64,000 nt of DNA from Blastocystis sp. Blastoise (taxonomy: Eukaryota > Protista > Bigyra: Opalinata), in the NCBI GenBank assembly GCA_039096225.1, contig JBBPEB010000002.1, positions 930,001 through 994,000 of the forward strand, read 5' to 3'. This document shows, one piece after another, positions 1 to 18,151 of the stretch. Each line of letters starts with the position of its first letter. The first letter of the stretch is position 1. Below the pieces are notes generated by a model that saw only the letters and a program-made list of their open reading frames with translations, had not been told where the DNA came from and searched no databases. A program made the position numbers and the translations under genes.

Positions 1-63
1 TAAAGGAACAATGCTATCAATGTTTTCAGTTTCAGCAGATATTTTTAAAGTAGTAATAGGCAT
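1..63 (-). CDS. 5' end of a probable CXXC zinc-binding protein (UPF0587/C1orf123-like), running off the window
   Basis: ATG at 63 gives MPITTLKISAETENIDSIVPL, resembling the UPF0587 N-terminal pattern (L.IKA.LENV..L.P). Only 21 codons are visible. Confidence 0.5.
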   Translation of the reverse strand, partial: MPITTLKISAETENIDSIVPL

Positions 64-365
64 TTTAAACACGTAAACACAAAATAATCAAGAATTACCA
101 GTAATATAACAAAATAAAATGATCTATTTTTGTTTTTTGTTTTTTTAGATCATTTAACTGAAATGAAATAGAATTCCCTCAAAACTATTCATTTTCTTTA
201 AACAAAGATCAACATCAGTATCCTATTTCAAATTGATGAGGATACCATTCTTAGCTTACCTTTACAACAATGAATTCAAAAATATGTTATATGTAAATAG
301 AAAAAGATCCTGTTTCGTATTCATTACACTTTTTTATTCTTTCTTTCATTTGAACTAATTCAACT

Positions 366-810
366 ATGGTATGTAGACACTCTACATAGTCTAATTATTA
401 CGTATTGATGATAATTTTGATTCAATATACATAGTCTCTTTATGAATCTTCCAAATTAATGCCTAAAATCGTTGCTTATGGCTTTCCATCAATATATACT
501 GAAGAAATGGTATTTAGAATAATGTTTATATGTTTTATAGCTTTAATAACATGCTTTTACTATGTATATTTCCATTTATAGGTTCACACAATTCTATCAA
601 CATATGGCACAGTTTTATCAATAGATCTTATAAATACAGAATCTATTCAACTTACATTAAATCCAATAACTGACCAAAGTATATATTTTCAATTTAAAGT
701 ACATTCAATAATAAGTCTTTAGATTGTTTATCATTCATTATTTTATATTCTTCCTTTGAAGAATGCGAAGAAAGTATTTATAAATACAATAACTTTGACA
801 AAGTAAATAG

Positions 811-841
<31 letters not shown>

Positions 842-2336
842 GACTGTTCCTAATACTTATTTATTATATATGGATGATATTCAAATGGGTATATATTATT
901 ATTTAATATATTTTATTTTATTTTATTTTTTTATTTTTTTTTTTATAATTATTTTATTTAATATATATTTTGTATTATTAATATATAAAGAGAATAAGAT
1001 ATTTATGGGGATGATTCCTTCAATGATTACAGAAAATGATATATATACATTATTATTGGTTTATGGAGATATTGAAGAACTTGTATTGGTTAAAGATCCG
1101 ATGACGCACCTTAGTAAAGGGTATAAATATTAATATATAATATTCTTGTATTTTTATTATAATTATTATTATTTTCAAATTTAATAATAATTTGATATTT
1201 TATAATTAATTATAGTATCATTATTTTTCTATTATATTTATATTTCGTTCTATTATATATAATCTAGATGCTGTTTCTGCAGATACAAAGAACGTATTTC
1301 AGCACTAAAAGCTATCTATTCTCTTAATGGACAATTCAGATTTCCTGTATATATTCATATATAATACTATATGTATTCATCTCATTATCATATATATATA
1401 TTCTATTTCTATTTTTTTTATAAACTATTAGAATATAATATTATTATTTATAATAATATAATTATTAATATTATAACTATTAAAGAAATTGCTATAAAAA
1501 TTAATTAATTATATAGTATGGCAAACAAACCGTAATAGTTCGATTTGCCGATACATTTAAACAGCGATATATAAAACATAATAAAGATCAGCCTTCCTCT
1601 CCAACATCAATTACCGCCACTTTTCCCGCCAATTCAAACACATATTCCACGAATACTATAAATCATAATAGTAACACTAATAATAATTATACATATTCTA
1701 CTCAAACTCCTTTTCCTTCTCCTTCTCCTCTTTTCTCTTCTTCCTCTTATATTCATCCTTTAAGACCTTTCTCCTCTACTATATATATACCCTCCTACCC
1801 AACCTCTTATATACCTTCATCCTCTACTATGTATTTGAATATATATTATATTATAATTATTATATACTATTAATTATATTATATTATATTATATATTCTA
1901 GATGTGATCCATTTCTCTATTCGCATTCATTTCTACCTTATTATGCAGATCAGTGTATATACATTTATAACTAGTTCATGTCTATTATTATACATATATT
2001 ACAAAACTATTTATTATCACACTTTTAATTATTCTATTAAACTCTCAATGTTTAGATCATGATTATATTCCAGAACCCCTCTTTACAGAACACAAATCTA
2101 CTTCTTCTAATTCCACTATAATTCCTTCTTCTTTTTTTAATTTCTTATCTCCTCCTTCTCCTCCTTCTCCTTTATATACTTCTCTATATAAACAAAATGA
2201 TTTCATTTCTAAAGAAAATATAAAAATAGATGAAGAACAAGGAGTAGCAGAAGAAGAAGAAGAAGAAGAAGAAGATATTAATTTGATTCAATACCCATAT
2301 GCTATTCTCTCTATGTCGAGTGAAAGTGAACCATAA
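366..2336 (+). CDS. CELF/Bruno/FCA-like two-RRM RNA-binding protein with a S/P-rich and acidic C-terminus (multi-exon)
   Basis: Spliced RRM2 reads KIFMGMIPSMITENDI...YGDIEELVLVKDPMTHLSKG|CCFCRY...ALKAIYSLNG...|YGKQTVIVRFADT, a CELF-type signature. RRM1 is degenerate (KIVAYGFPSIYTEEM). The start assumes an ATG-only first exon at 366-368. TAA at 2334-2336. Confidence 0.75.
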
Positions 2337-3170
2337 AAAGCATATTAAATATTATTTTATTTCAGTATGTTATAGATAAGATATATTATATATTGTGAAT
2401 CATTTTTCAATTTATTATGATATTTTAAGTTACTCTTTTCCTTGTTCTATATTTATTTGTACTTTTTATTCACTTGATTTTTTTTTTTATTTTTTATAAA
2501 TTTTATGCTTTATGACACTCTATGCGTGTTTTTTTTGATGTATATCATTTGTTCACATATGTTATACAAATTTTATTTGGTTGATTAACAAGAAATAAAT
2601 GCAAAAACGAAAAAAAAATGTCATTATTCATTATCTACAAAATATAGAAAAAAAATAATTTTCTTTTCTTTCTCGTTATTTTGATTATTTTTTATTCAAA
2701 TAAAAATATTGATTCTTTATATCACAACCATACTTTTCTATCTTCAACGTTTTTATTATTTTTTAGACCAATTATTGTTTTCATTCACCGGAAAAGTGTC
2801 TTCCATATATTATTCTGAATGCATTTGTTTCTTATAAATGATGAGTCCATCATTAGTTTATTATAAATCTATCTATTTCCTTTATTTTTTAATCATTATA
2901 ATTTCAGCAATCTTCAGTTCTTCTTTTTCTGTTTCTCATTATAATACTTCTCCTAAATCAAGCATTTCAATACATTTCAGCAAAACAATATTTTTCCTTC
3001 TTACTGTCAATTAATGGGGATTCATTGTGTTCGAATAAATATATATATTCCTTACATGTTTTCAAATATTTTAAATACAAATTTCAAAAGGATATATATC
3101 CATAAAAGACGAAGATGCGTTTTTTTATGTAGCTATACAAATATAAATTGATACATCATCTATAAAAAAT

Positions 3171-5037
3171 ATGGAGAATAACATAAGACAAATAATGTAT
3201 GTTCTACTAGTTCAAGTTCAAGATTTTTCTTATGATTTCCTCTTTAGACTGATTCTTTCGTTTTTAACTATCTTCAGTAAATTGGCGCATGCGGAAGACA
3301 CTCGATATACGTATTTGACTATATACTATCCTTATTCCAGTGAATCTCGAGAAACATTGTTGTTCATTCTTGCTCTACACAACTCTATTTCACATGCCAA
3401 TACTTCAATACCATTTATTGTCATTATTCCAGAACATATTCCAAAAGAGGATATTGATATATTTAAAGAAAACAACGTTTCTCTTTTTCCTATGAATATA
3501 ACAAATATTTATCTTCAAGAACAATATCCAATTGATTACCAACGGTTATTAAACACTCTATATTTATGGTCTTTAGATATGTATACTAAAATAGTCTATA
3601 TAGATCCACATAGTATAATGGTATATAATTCCGATTTATTATTTAATTGCCCTTCTTTTTGTGCTCTTGATTCTTCTCCAATTGTATATATAATAATAAT
3701 TATTATTATTTATGTATATATAATAATTATTATTATTTATGTATATATAATAATAAATATCGTTATATAACAAAATCTATTTATATATATAGTATTATTC
3801 ACAGGATATTATGGTGATTACTCCTTCCACATCCTCTCTCTCTTATATACTTATATCTCAATCTATTCATTCATCAGATACTATTAAACAATATCAACAA
3901 TATAGAAGGAATATATATATATTTATATATATAATATAAAAACATTTTCTATATATATATATATATAATATAAAAATATTTTCTATATATTCTATTATAA
4001 TTACAGTTTTATATATATATATAGAAAAGGTTTATGGTCTCCAGAATTATATGAATATATAAATTCATCTCCTTTTATTAATTTCAATAAGTATATATAT
4101 ATATATATAAATTTCTTACTATATTTCTATATCTATATATTTCTATATTTCTCTCTCTGTATATATTCTCATAGCATTTCTTCTTCTTCTTCTGAATCTC
4201 CACTATATCGTTTTTCTATTCAATATCAATTCAATACATTAATGTATTATGAGAAATATTCATGGTTATTATATAACTGTTCTTCCTCTTCTCTTCCTAT
4301 TCCCGTGAATATCTTATCCTATTCTTCTCCTCTCTTTCATACTCCATACTTCTATCCAATCTCATATACTAGTCCAAACAGTATATTCACATTAAATACA
4401 TATTTCAATCAATATATACGTTCTATTCATTATTCATATATACCTCATATATTATATTCTATACGACTATATATCATTACTATTTTACTTCTTCTCTTCT
4501 TCTTCTCCTTCCTTTCTTCTTCTTTCCCTATTCTTCGTCCTATATACTTTAAAGGCTATCTTCTTTCTCTCCTAGCTACATATACATCATTTTTATCTCG
4601 ATATCTAGTCTCTCTTCTCTCTCTTATTATTCTATCGTTTATTCTGCATCTATACATTCCTTTATTTTTACCAAAATATGATGCCTATATATTATTTATT
4701 ACTTATTTATCAATATCTACACTTCTTCCTACTCTATATATTATATATCAATATACAAATAATTCTACTATTTATCTTTATATTCTTCCCATTATCTTTT
4801 ACTACATTTATTTTATACGTATATAATTATATATAATAATGTTTTTTGTTTATAATAATAATTATATATATAGTTCATTTATTTGTATCACCTTCATTTT
4901 CAGATACTTTCAGTTTCCTTATTCAGTTTATTCTCTATATATCTCTTCTTCTTTGGAGTCTGAATAAACCAATTAATATTATTCTTGATTCACGAGAAAT
5001 CTATTATACAAAACTACCCTTAGGAAATAGAGGTTAA
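3171..5037 (+). CDS. Glycosyltransferase family 8-like protein (glycogenin/PGSIP-type) with signal peptide and several C-terminal TM helices
   Basis: LNTLYLWSLDMYTKIVYIDPHSIMVYNSDLLFNCPSFCA matches the GT8 block (KL..W.L..Y.K.VYLDAD.....N.D.LF.C..FCA). Hydrophobic N-terminus after removing the first intron; TM-rich exons at 4242-5037. Confidence 0.7.
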
Positions 5038-5345
5038 TCTATTTATAATAATAATTTTTTCATTTTATATAGGTGTATTTATTGTGTAGGTATATATTTT
5101 TTAATGTTTATTGTAGTCAATATAATATAGTTTAAGCATCATTGAATTGTTTATTCAGTATTATTCAACTTTATAAATAGTATTTTAATATTATTTTTGA
5201 ATGAACAAATAGAAAAGAACTCTTGAAATATATTTTTTGACAATAAATTTCTAAATGAAAAAATAATAAACATAAATATTAATAAGTAAATAAAAAAATA
5301 AGTAAATAAATAAATTTTTAGTATATATATATATATATATATATA

Positions 5346-10006
<4,661 letters not shown>

Positions 10007-10761
10007 ATCTTTTCCTTGCTTAAAAAGGGTTTCTGTGAAGAAATAATTACAAAAATAATAATAAAACAAAAATTTGTTTATCTTTCTTTATTTGTTTTTT
10101 TTGAAACTATTCTTCACTGAATGTATTTTTTTTTATATTTATTAAAGATCATTTAAGCTGCTTTTGCACTAAAACTATATATTTTGAAGGGTAATTAAAA
10201 GCTCAATCATTTTATGCAATCAAAAATTGATTGCGTATTCACTTAGAAAGTATATGAAATGTGTTGCATGCATTCACAATGATATTTTTATAGAAAAGCA
10301 CATAAAAAAAAAAATGAACAGGATTTCTTACATTAATTGTTCAAAATGTTTTCTCATCATACTCAGAATATGTTCATTATCTCTAAATACCTATTTCTAC
10401 AATCAAGTCTCAAGAAAATCATAAAATGACAATAAAAGTGAATTATCTTGTATATTACCATTTAAAACTATTTTTCATGTTCCATGATATATCAAGACAC
10501 TGATGTCCTGCCAATAATAGCTTTATTCACAGTATTCAAGTACAAAAACTCATGCAAACACCTTGAATAATAAATACAATTTCAGTTCTCTTTTTTCAAA
10601 TGAGAAATGAAAAAGTCATTTGCTAAAATCGCGAATCATTTGCAAAAATGACTCAAATCGAAAAAGCAATTGATTTTCTTTGAAAGGCTGTTAGGAAAAG
10701 AGAAAGAAATCGAATTCAAGTTTCTAAATAATTTTCAATCGTTGATTTTTTCAAGAAGATT

Positions 10762-11718
10762 ATGAGTGCTACAAGAGTTTTAGGTAAATTAGTTAGAGGA
10801 AAGACTGTTTTCTTTGGATGCGACTTCCAACAATGTTTCAGAAAGTCTGTGTATCATTATGATCAAGCTATTGAAGCTGCTTCCTTCTTATTAAAGAGTG
10901 CTAGAGTTCTCAATGTTCCTGTATTAATGTCTGAACAATATCCTGAGAAATTAACTCATACTGTTCCTGAATTAATGGAAATTATAAATGCTGAAGGTCA
11001 ACAACCTATGCCTGTTTTCCCTAAAGTTCAATTTTCTATGTTAACTCCTGAATTTGAAGCTAAGATGAAAGAACTTTGTCCTGAAGTCACTGATGTTGTT
11101 GTCTTTGGTGTTGAAGTATATAGTTATTAATCACAAAATCATATTCTTCTTCATATACTAATTATATTTGTTTAATATATAGATATATTAATAGATATAT
11201 ATATATTTATAGGCTCATGTATGTGTTATGCAAACTTGTCATTCTCTTCTTGAAAAAGGTTATACTGTTCATTTAGCTGTAGATGCTACTTCTAGTCGTG
11301 CTGATGCTGATAGAAGACTTGCTCTTCAAGTATTTATTTATTTTTTTATATTATATTTATATTTATTATATTTATATTTATTATATTTATATTTATTATA
11401 TTTATATTTATTATATTTATATTTATTATATTTATATTTATTATATTTATATTTATTATATTTATATTTATTATATTTATATTTATTATATTTATTATAT
11501 TTATATTTAAAATATTTATTATATTTATATTTATTATATTATAAAAGTAATCATAATAATTATTATTATCTTCCTAGTCTTTAAGTCAAAGTGGAGTATT
11601 TTTAACTACTTCAGAAAGTGTTGCTTTCCAATTACTTGGAACTAAAGAAGATGCTTGTTTTAAACCTATTTCTGCTCTTGTAAAAGCTAAAGCTTTACCT
11701 ACTGATTTAACTTTTTAA
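10762..11718 (+). CDS. Isochorismatase-domain protein (ISOC1/ISOC2-like cysteine hydrolase), 3 exons
   Basis: Motifs TVFFGCDFQQCFR, SEQYPEKLTHTVPEL, PKVQFSM, VVVFGVE|AHVCVMQT, DATSSR and GVFLTTSESVAFQL. TAA at 11716-11718. Confidence 0.93.
11345..11535. repeat. 15-bp tandem repeat (TTATATTTATATTTA)n in isochorismatase intron 2
   Basis: Visible periodicity; translates as the LYLYL/YYIYI repeats in the ORF track. Confidence 0.9.
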
Positions 11719-12234
11719 ATAATCAAATCATCATTTTTTATTTTCTATAGCTATTATATTTATGTATTTGTCACTTTTATTAAATAGTATTATTATATAT
11801 TAATGGATTAAAATTATTGGTTATGCTTAATTCTACACATATTTGTCAAAAATAATGACATGTTCTAACAGATATCTATATTTTCTCAATGTATAATTTC
11901 AACAACATGTAAATTATTCTTATCCATGAATAACCTAATTTTTTTGCACATCAAAAAAATAACTAACTATTTTCATTCAGATCTTCATTTTTCCTATTTC
12001 ACATCTCTTCAATTATTCTTTGATGACCACTTGAAGCATATTGGTAGGTGTCACAATGACACAATTCTACCGAATCGAACAAAAAATTCAGAGAAAGCCA
12101 TTTCACATTCATCTCAACCTCATCATCAACGTTTTTCTATACGTTTTCAGTACAAATATGATGTATACAGTCTTGCCACCTAAAGCAAAAAAGTAGAAAT
12201 GATCGACCAAGGAATCGTAAGGAATGCTTATTTC

Positions 12235-12246
12235 GATTGATTGGCT
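12235..12246 (-). promoter_or_regulatory. Candidate inverted CCAAT box (GATTGATTGGCT)
   Basis: The same 12-mer occurs at 19655-19666 upstream of nrdJ. Here it is about 400 bp upstream of the surface-protein ATG. Confidence 0.35.
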
Positions 12247-12648
12247 GAAATTTCTCTTTTTTCTCAGGTTATTCTATGTTTTTCCCTATTAAGTAAATAA
12301 ACAAGGGAAATTTTATTAATGCTTTTTTGTTTTGAGGATGACACCTTATTAGTCATTCTCTAAACCAATAAAAGAGAATAATGCTAGGTTGACAGTCTTT
12401 TATGGCTAATTATTCTTGTTCCTAAAACATATGAAATAATCAATGATTTTCATGTTAATACTTTCTTTTTGACTGTAAAAAATGTTTTTTTCATTACTGA
12501 TACAAATTTATCTTATTAGGCTTTTTTCTTGTTTGGAACCTCCTGATTCTAACCACCAACCATAATGAATGATTCAAATATAGAACATACGTTTTCTTCT
12601 TTAAAAAAATCTATATTTTATTTTTATTAAATTGTCTAAAAGACAACA

Positions 12649-15600
12649 ATGAAATTCCTAATCTGTCTTTTAGTATCATTTCTTCTAGGTATATATAATT
12701 TGTATTAACGTTTAAATATACTTAATTAACCTTTTTTTATAGCTTATGCTTGTGAAAATGGTGAAATTGAGCTTGTTGTCAAAAAGGAATATTTGTCTTA
12801 TCCTACAGAAGAACAATATGAGATATGGAGAGGTACTCCTGAAACTGGTGTGAAGTTACTTGAACATAATGGTACTGCTGCTGATGCTAGTACAGTAGTA
12901 ACAAATACTATTTGTTCTACTTCTACAACACATACTGTTGTTATGAGAGATACTTATGGTGATGGTTGGGGTACTTATAGTTCAGCTCCTTATTTAACTG
13001 TTTCTCTTGGTGGAATCACTCTTATTCGAACAACTATGGAATATAAAAGTGGAAGAACATTCTTAAGAAAAGAAGTTCCTTTTGAAGGTATATATATAGG
13101 TATTATTATTATTATTATTATTATTATGTTTATTATTATTATTATGTTTATTATTATTATTATGTTTATTATTATTATTATGTTTATTATTATTATTATG
13201 TTTATTATTATATTTATTATTATTATTATTATTATTATGTTTATTATTATGTTTATTATATATACATGATAAAATATTCATAATAATATATATATAACAA
13301 TAACATATAACTTCTATAGTTAGTTTTAGTCTTCCATTTAGTCAGTCATGGAAATATACAGATACTCTTCAATCTACAAATGATTGGAAATCTCCTTCTT
13401 ATAATGATGCTTCTTGGTCTACTTCTAATGCTGGTTCTATGCCTTTATTTACTTCTGTAGTTCGTTATTATCGTCTTACTACTACTATTGCTAGTAGAGC
13501 TGCTATCAGTACTATTAATTATGTTGTAAATACAGATCAAGCTTTTGCTATTTATATTCAAGGATCTGAAGTCTATAGATATAAAATGCCTGATGGAAAT
13601 ATTACTTCTTCTACTTTACCTAGTGATGTACCTGATGGTGTTGCTTATTATAAAGGATTTACTATATATAAATATTTATTACCTGAAAGTGGTCCTTATG
13701 TAATTAGTTTAGAAATCCATTTACCTCAAGAAAGTACTGGTATTTCTGATTTATTTAATATGGGTGGAGCTACTTTAGGTTCTGCTACTATGGATGAATG
13801 TACTGAAACTAGATTAATAGATGGCTTTTCTACAGAAGTTCCTGTCAATGATAATACTTATTATACTAATGCTGCTTTTGATGGTAAAACTAGTTCCTAT
13901 TATCGTTCTATAACAACAGATCATGTTACACTTACTTATATGTTCCCTTCAAGTCATGCAGAATATTTAAATGCTTATGCTATTTGGAGTGCTTCTACTA
14001 ATTACTATGGCTTCCCTAAATCATGGAATTTCTATGGTACTGTTGATGGTACTACTTGGACATTATTAGATACTCGTAATAATATTGATTTTGGAGGTAT
14101 TACCAAACGTTTATTCTTCCCTATTCGTAGTAATACACTTACATTACGTGGGATTCGATTAGAAGTTCTTTCTAGTACACAAACATCTCAAGTAACTGTA
14201 TGTGAAATTGAAGCTATGGTATGTAATTATGCTTATGTTGCTCCTGGTATTAGTTATGATCAATCAACTGTATCTGGTTATGCTGAAATTGATTCTTTTG
14301 TTTTATCTCCTGCTACTTTTGGATATACTTCTTTTTCTTCTACTCCTACTCTTCCTTCTGGAGTTATTTTAGATACTACTTCTGGTACTATTTCTGGTAC
14401 TCCTCTTGTAACTGTGAATCAAATATATACGATTCATGCTCTTTCTATTTCTTCTTCTCAAGAATTTACTACTACTATTACTATTAATTATAATCTTTGT
14501 TTACCTCCTCAAAATTTATATATACGTCTTCGAAAAATAAATAAAAATTATGCAAACGAAGAATCTTTTACTCTAGAAGATTCTAATCATACATTATTAT
14601 TCACTTCTCCTGCTTTTGTTAATTATAAAGATTGGTCGACTGTTCTTTGTGTTCCTTCTACTATATTAACAGTTAGTGCTTCAGATAGTAAGAATGATGG
14701 TTGGACTAGTGACGCTTTCTTATATGTTGATTATAATGATTATAATGGTGATTTTAGTACTGTAGGTAGAATTTATTATAAAAAAGGTACTTCAGGTATG
14801 TATCCTATTAATGGTATGTATTCTATTTATCCTCAAGCTTCTGATTGGAAATATACTCAAGGAATTATTCCTACTAATTGGTATGCTACTAATGAACCTA
14901 CTGGTTTCTCTATATTCCCTATGGCTTCTCTTCCTACTCCTACTTCTCCTATTTGGTTATTTAGACATTCTTTCTCAGTAGCTACTAAAACTGGATATAG
15001 TGCATTTGATATACGTATTCTTTCTAGAGCAGGTATTCTTGTTTATCTAAATGGTCAAGAAATCTTTAGACGTAATTTAAATAGTGGCGATATTACTAGT
15101 ACTACTACTCCTATTGCTGGAGATTTAACTACTTCAAGTTATCTTATTACTTCTCCTTTAGATGTTCTTCTTATTGGAAATAATGTAATTGCTATTGCTA
15201 TTGTTAATATGGCTTCAAATAATCCAGATAAAATGTATTTTGATGCTTCTATTTTATTACTTACTCCTAATGAACTTGGTAGAAATTGGGATCTTTCTGC
15301 TTCTGATGAACCTTCTAGTAATACTGCTGTTTATTTACTTGATGGTGCTTATTATAATACTTGGATTAATAAACCTACAGATACTCGTCAAATAAGTGTT
15401 ATTCTTAGTTATGGTATACATAGAGCTGAATTTATTAATAAATATTGTTTTACTTCTTCTAATTCTCAAGCTTCTGGATTTGATCCTTCTGATTGGGCTG
15501 TTTATGGTAGTAATGATAATCGTGTTACTACTACTTTATTAGGTAATGTTACTAATGCTTATTTCTCTTCTAGAAAACAAGAACGTTGTTTCTATTTACC

Positions 15601-17848
15601 TCTTAATAATAAACCATATTCTTCTTATATATTTTATATGACAGAACCTGCTGTTTCATCTTCTGCTAATTATGGTTTTGCACTTAGTGAAATTACATTA
15701 TATAGTGAAGATATTTCTCAACTTGTTGTACCCCCTCTTTCATATCCTATTACTTCTTTTGAATCTTATGTTGGTATTCCATTTACAGAAATAACTCCTT
15801 CTTCTTCTCTTTGGGGTAATTTCCGTATTACTCCTGCTTTAATTCTTCCTTTAGAATTAGATACTTCTACTGGTTCTATTCGTGGTACTCCTCTATCTAC
15901 TATGAATCCTACTGCATATACTATCACTGCTTCTGATCCTACAGGTAAAGAATCTACTGTTACTATTACTCTTTCAGTTAGTATTTGTGTATCTCCTAAT
16001 ATTATGTTTACTTTAATGATTCATGCTACTACATTTGGTAAAGAATTAGGTTATTCCTTAAAAGATAGTACAGGTTCTCTTGTAAGTCAACAAAATGGAT
16101 TCTCTGATAATCAAGATAGTTATTTTGCTTTTTGTAAACCTATAGGTGTTTATTCATTAACTTTAGAAGATAGTGCCAGTGATGGTTGGGATGAAGGTTA
16201 TGCACAAATACAATTAGAAGATAATACTGTTATCTTTAGAGGATCTCTTGGAGAAGCTGAAGAATCAAATACATTCCTTATTTCTGCAGGATATGTTATT
16301 CCTCCTCTTCGTACAGAATGGAAATATTATAATAGTGGATCTATACCTTCTAATGGATGGAATACTATTTCATTTGTAGAAACTAATTGGAAAGCAAGTG
16401 CTGCTCATTCCTATGAACCAGCTAATGGTATAACTCAATATTTTAGAAAAACATTTACTATAGATTCTATAACTCCTTATGCTTCTGCTGTATTTAATCT
16501 TTATACAAAATATGGTTTAATTGTATATTTAAATGGTGAAGAAGTATATCGTTATAATCTTCCTAATGGTCTTATTAATTATTCTACTTCTTGTACTGCT
16601 GTTTCATCTTCTATTCAACTTGTAGGTTCTTCTGTTTCTATTTCTTTTGGTCCTCTTGTTCAAGGACAAAATGTATTAGCTGTAGAAGTTCATAGAGATA
16701 CTATATCTCCTGATACTATTATAGATTTTGATGCTTCTTTATTATTAGTTGCTGATAAGAGTTGGAGAGCTTTAGATGGTACAGCTAGTGCTGATATAGG
16801 TACTCAAGAAGAAGCTTCTATTGCTTTTGATAATACTGCCGGTAGTTATTATAGTACAGGACCTCGTTGTGAAGGTGCTACGTTAACTTGGACTTATAAT
16901 AATAATAGAAAAGAATATATATCTTCTTATACTATTGCTACAGGTCCTAAATGTAATGCTCGTCATCCTTCTGCTTGGGAAATCCAAGGTTCAAATGATG
17001 GTATTAATTGGTCAACATTAGATATCCGTACTAAAGAAATGTGGACAGAATATAGTCAAAAGAGAGATTATGATTTCTATACAAATCGTGCTTATAATGC
17101 TTATCGTTTTATTGCTACTGAATGTAAAAATACTGCTATTGATGGTTCATATATGGAAACAGAAGAAAATTGTGATACTTTTAATGGTAAACAAGGTTTT
17201 CAAATAGGTGAAATTGGTTTATATGTAAAGAAAATAGAAGGTGCTTGTAATCCTACTGAAGATGGATTTAGTGGTGCCTTAGAAGGTTCTTATGCATTTA
17301 AAGATTGTCCTGAATTTTATAAAGGTAGAATACAAAGTTTATGTACAAATGGTAAATTAGGTGAAGAATTAAAATCATGTAATTTAATAGCTCCTTCTAA
17401 TATTCGTTATCCTCAACGTGTTGTTAATGCTATTCAAGGTGATTATTTTGAAAATACACCTATTGTTTATGCTGCAGAATATGAATGTATAATTAATCCT
17501 GAACTTCCTCATGGAGTGTCTTTTAATACTAAAACAGGTAGTATTTATGGTAAGACTGAAAGCGTATTCCCTTCTATGGGATATACTGTTAATTGTTCTA
17601 ATATTGCAGGTACCTATTCTACTGAAGTCTTCTTAATATCTGCTGAAAAACCTAGTCTTCCTATCTATATTTGGATTATTATTGCAGTATTAGCTATTAT
17701 TATTATAGCTATTGTCCTCTTCTGTGTTCTTTGCAGATTGAAATCCAAGAAGAATAAAGGTCATACTAAATTAGAAAAGAAACCAAATACTCAAATGAAA
17801 GGTGCTAAACCGACAACATCAACACAATCTAAAACTGTTAAAATATAA
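12649..17848 (+). CDS. Large type-I membrane surface protein, 1637 aa: three repeats of [DGW module + galactose-binding-like domain + F5/8C discoidin-like domain] with putative Ig (He_PIG-like) domains, a Cys-rich juxtamembrane part, TM helix and Lys-rich tail
   Basis: Exons 12649-12688, 12743-13087 and 13320-17848 join in frame. Signal peptide MKFLICLLVSFLLAYAC. Repeated motifs D..GDGW, WKY, YLNG.E.YR, P..W...GS.DG..W..LD and LP.G...DT.SG.I.GTP. TM segment IWIIIAVLAIIIIAIVLFCVLC. Confidence 0.88.
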
Positions 17849-18151
17849 ATATATATTTTTTTAATAGATATATAATATCGCATTCTACTCTTTGCTTCGT
17901 ATATATATACATTGTTTGCTCTTTTTTTTAATTAAATTCTTTTAATAGTTTTTCTATACTATCATATATTGAATAAGAAATTGTTTTGTTTTACAGAACT
18001 TTATTTTGATATATATATATATTTATTAGTGACTGAATACGATAAGAATGCACATTTCTCAACTGATTGAAATGAAATAATGCATATAAGGGTTGTACTG
18101 ATTTCAGAGTAACTGAAGAGATCAGAAAAAAGCATATTCTAGTGTTTGAAA

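Noticed and set aside
2700-3120. Purine-rich minus-strand stretch resembling coding sequence
   Set aside because: Multiple stops in the frames examined and no recognisable motif.
10610-10660. Short imperfect inverted repeat (AGTCATTT...AAATGACT) in the C2CD5/isochorismatase divergent spacer
   Set aside because: Too short to distinguish from chance in AT-rich DNA.
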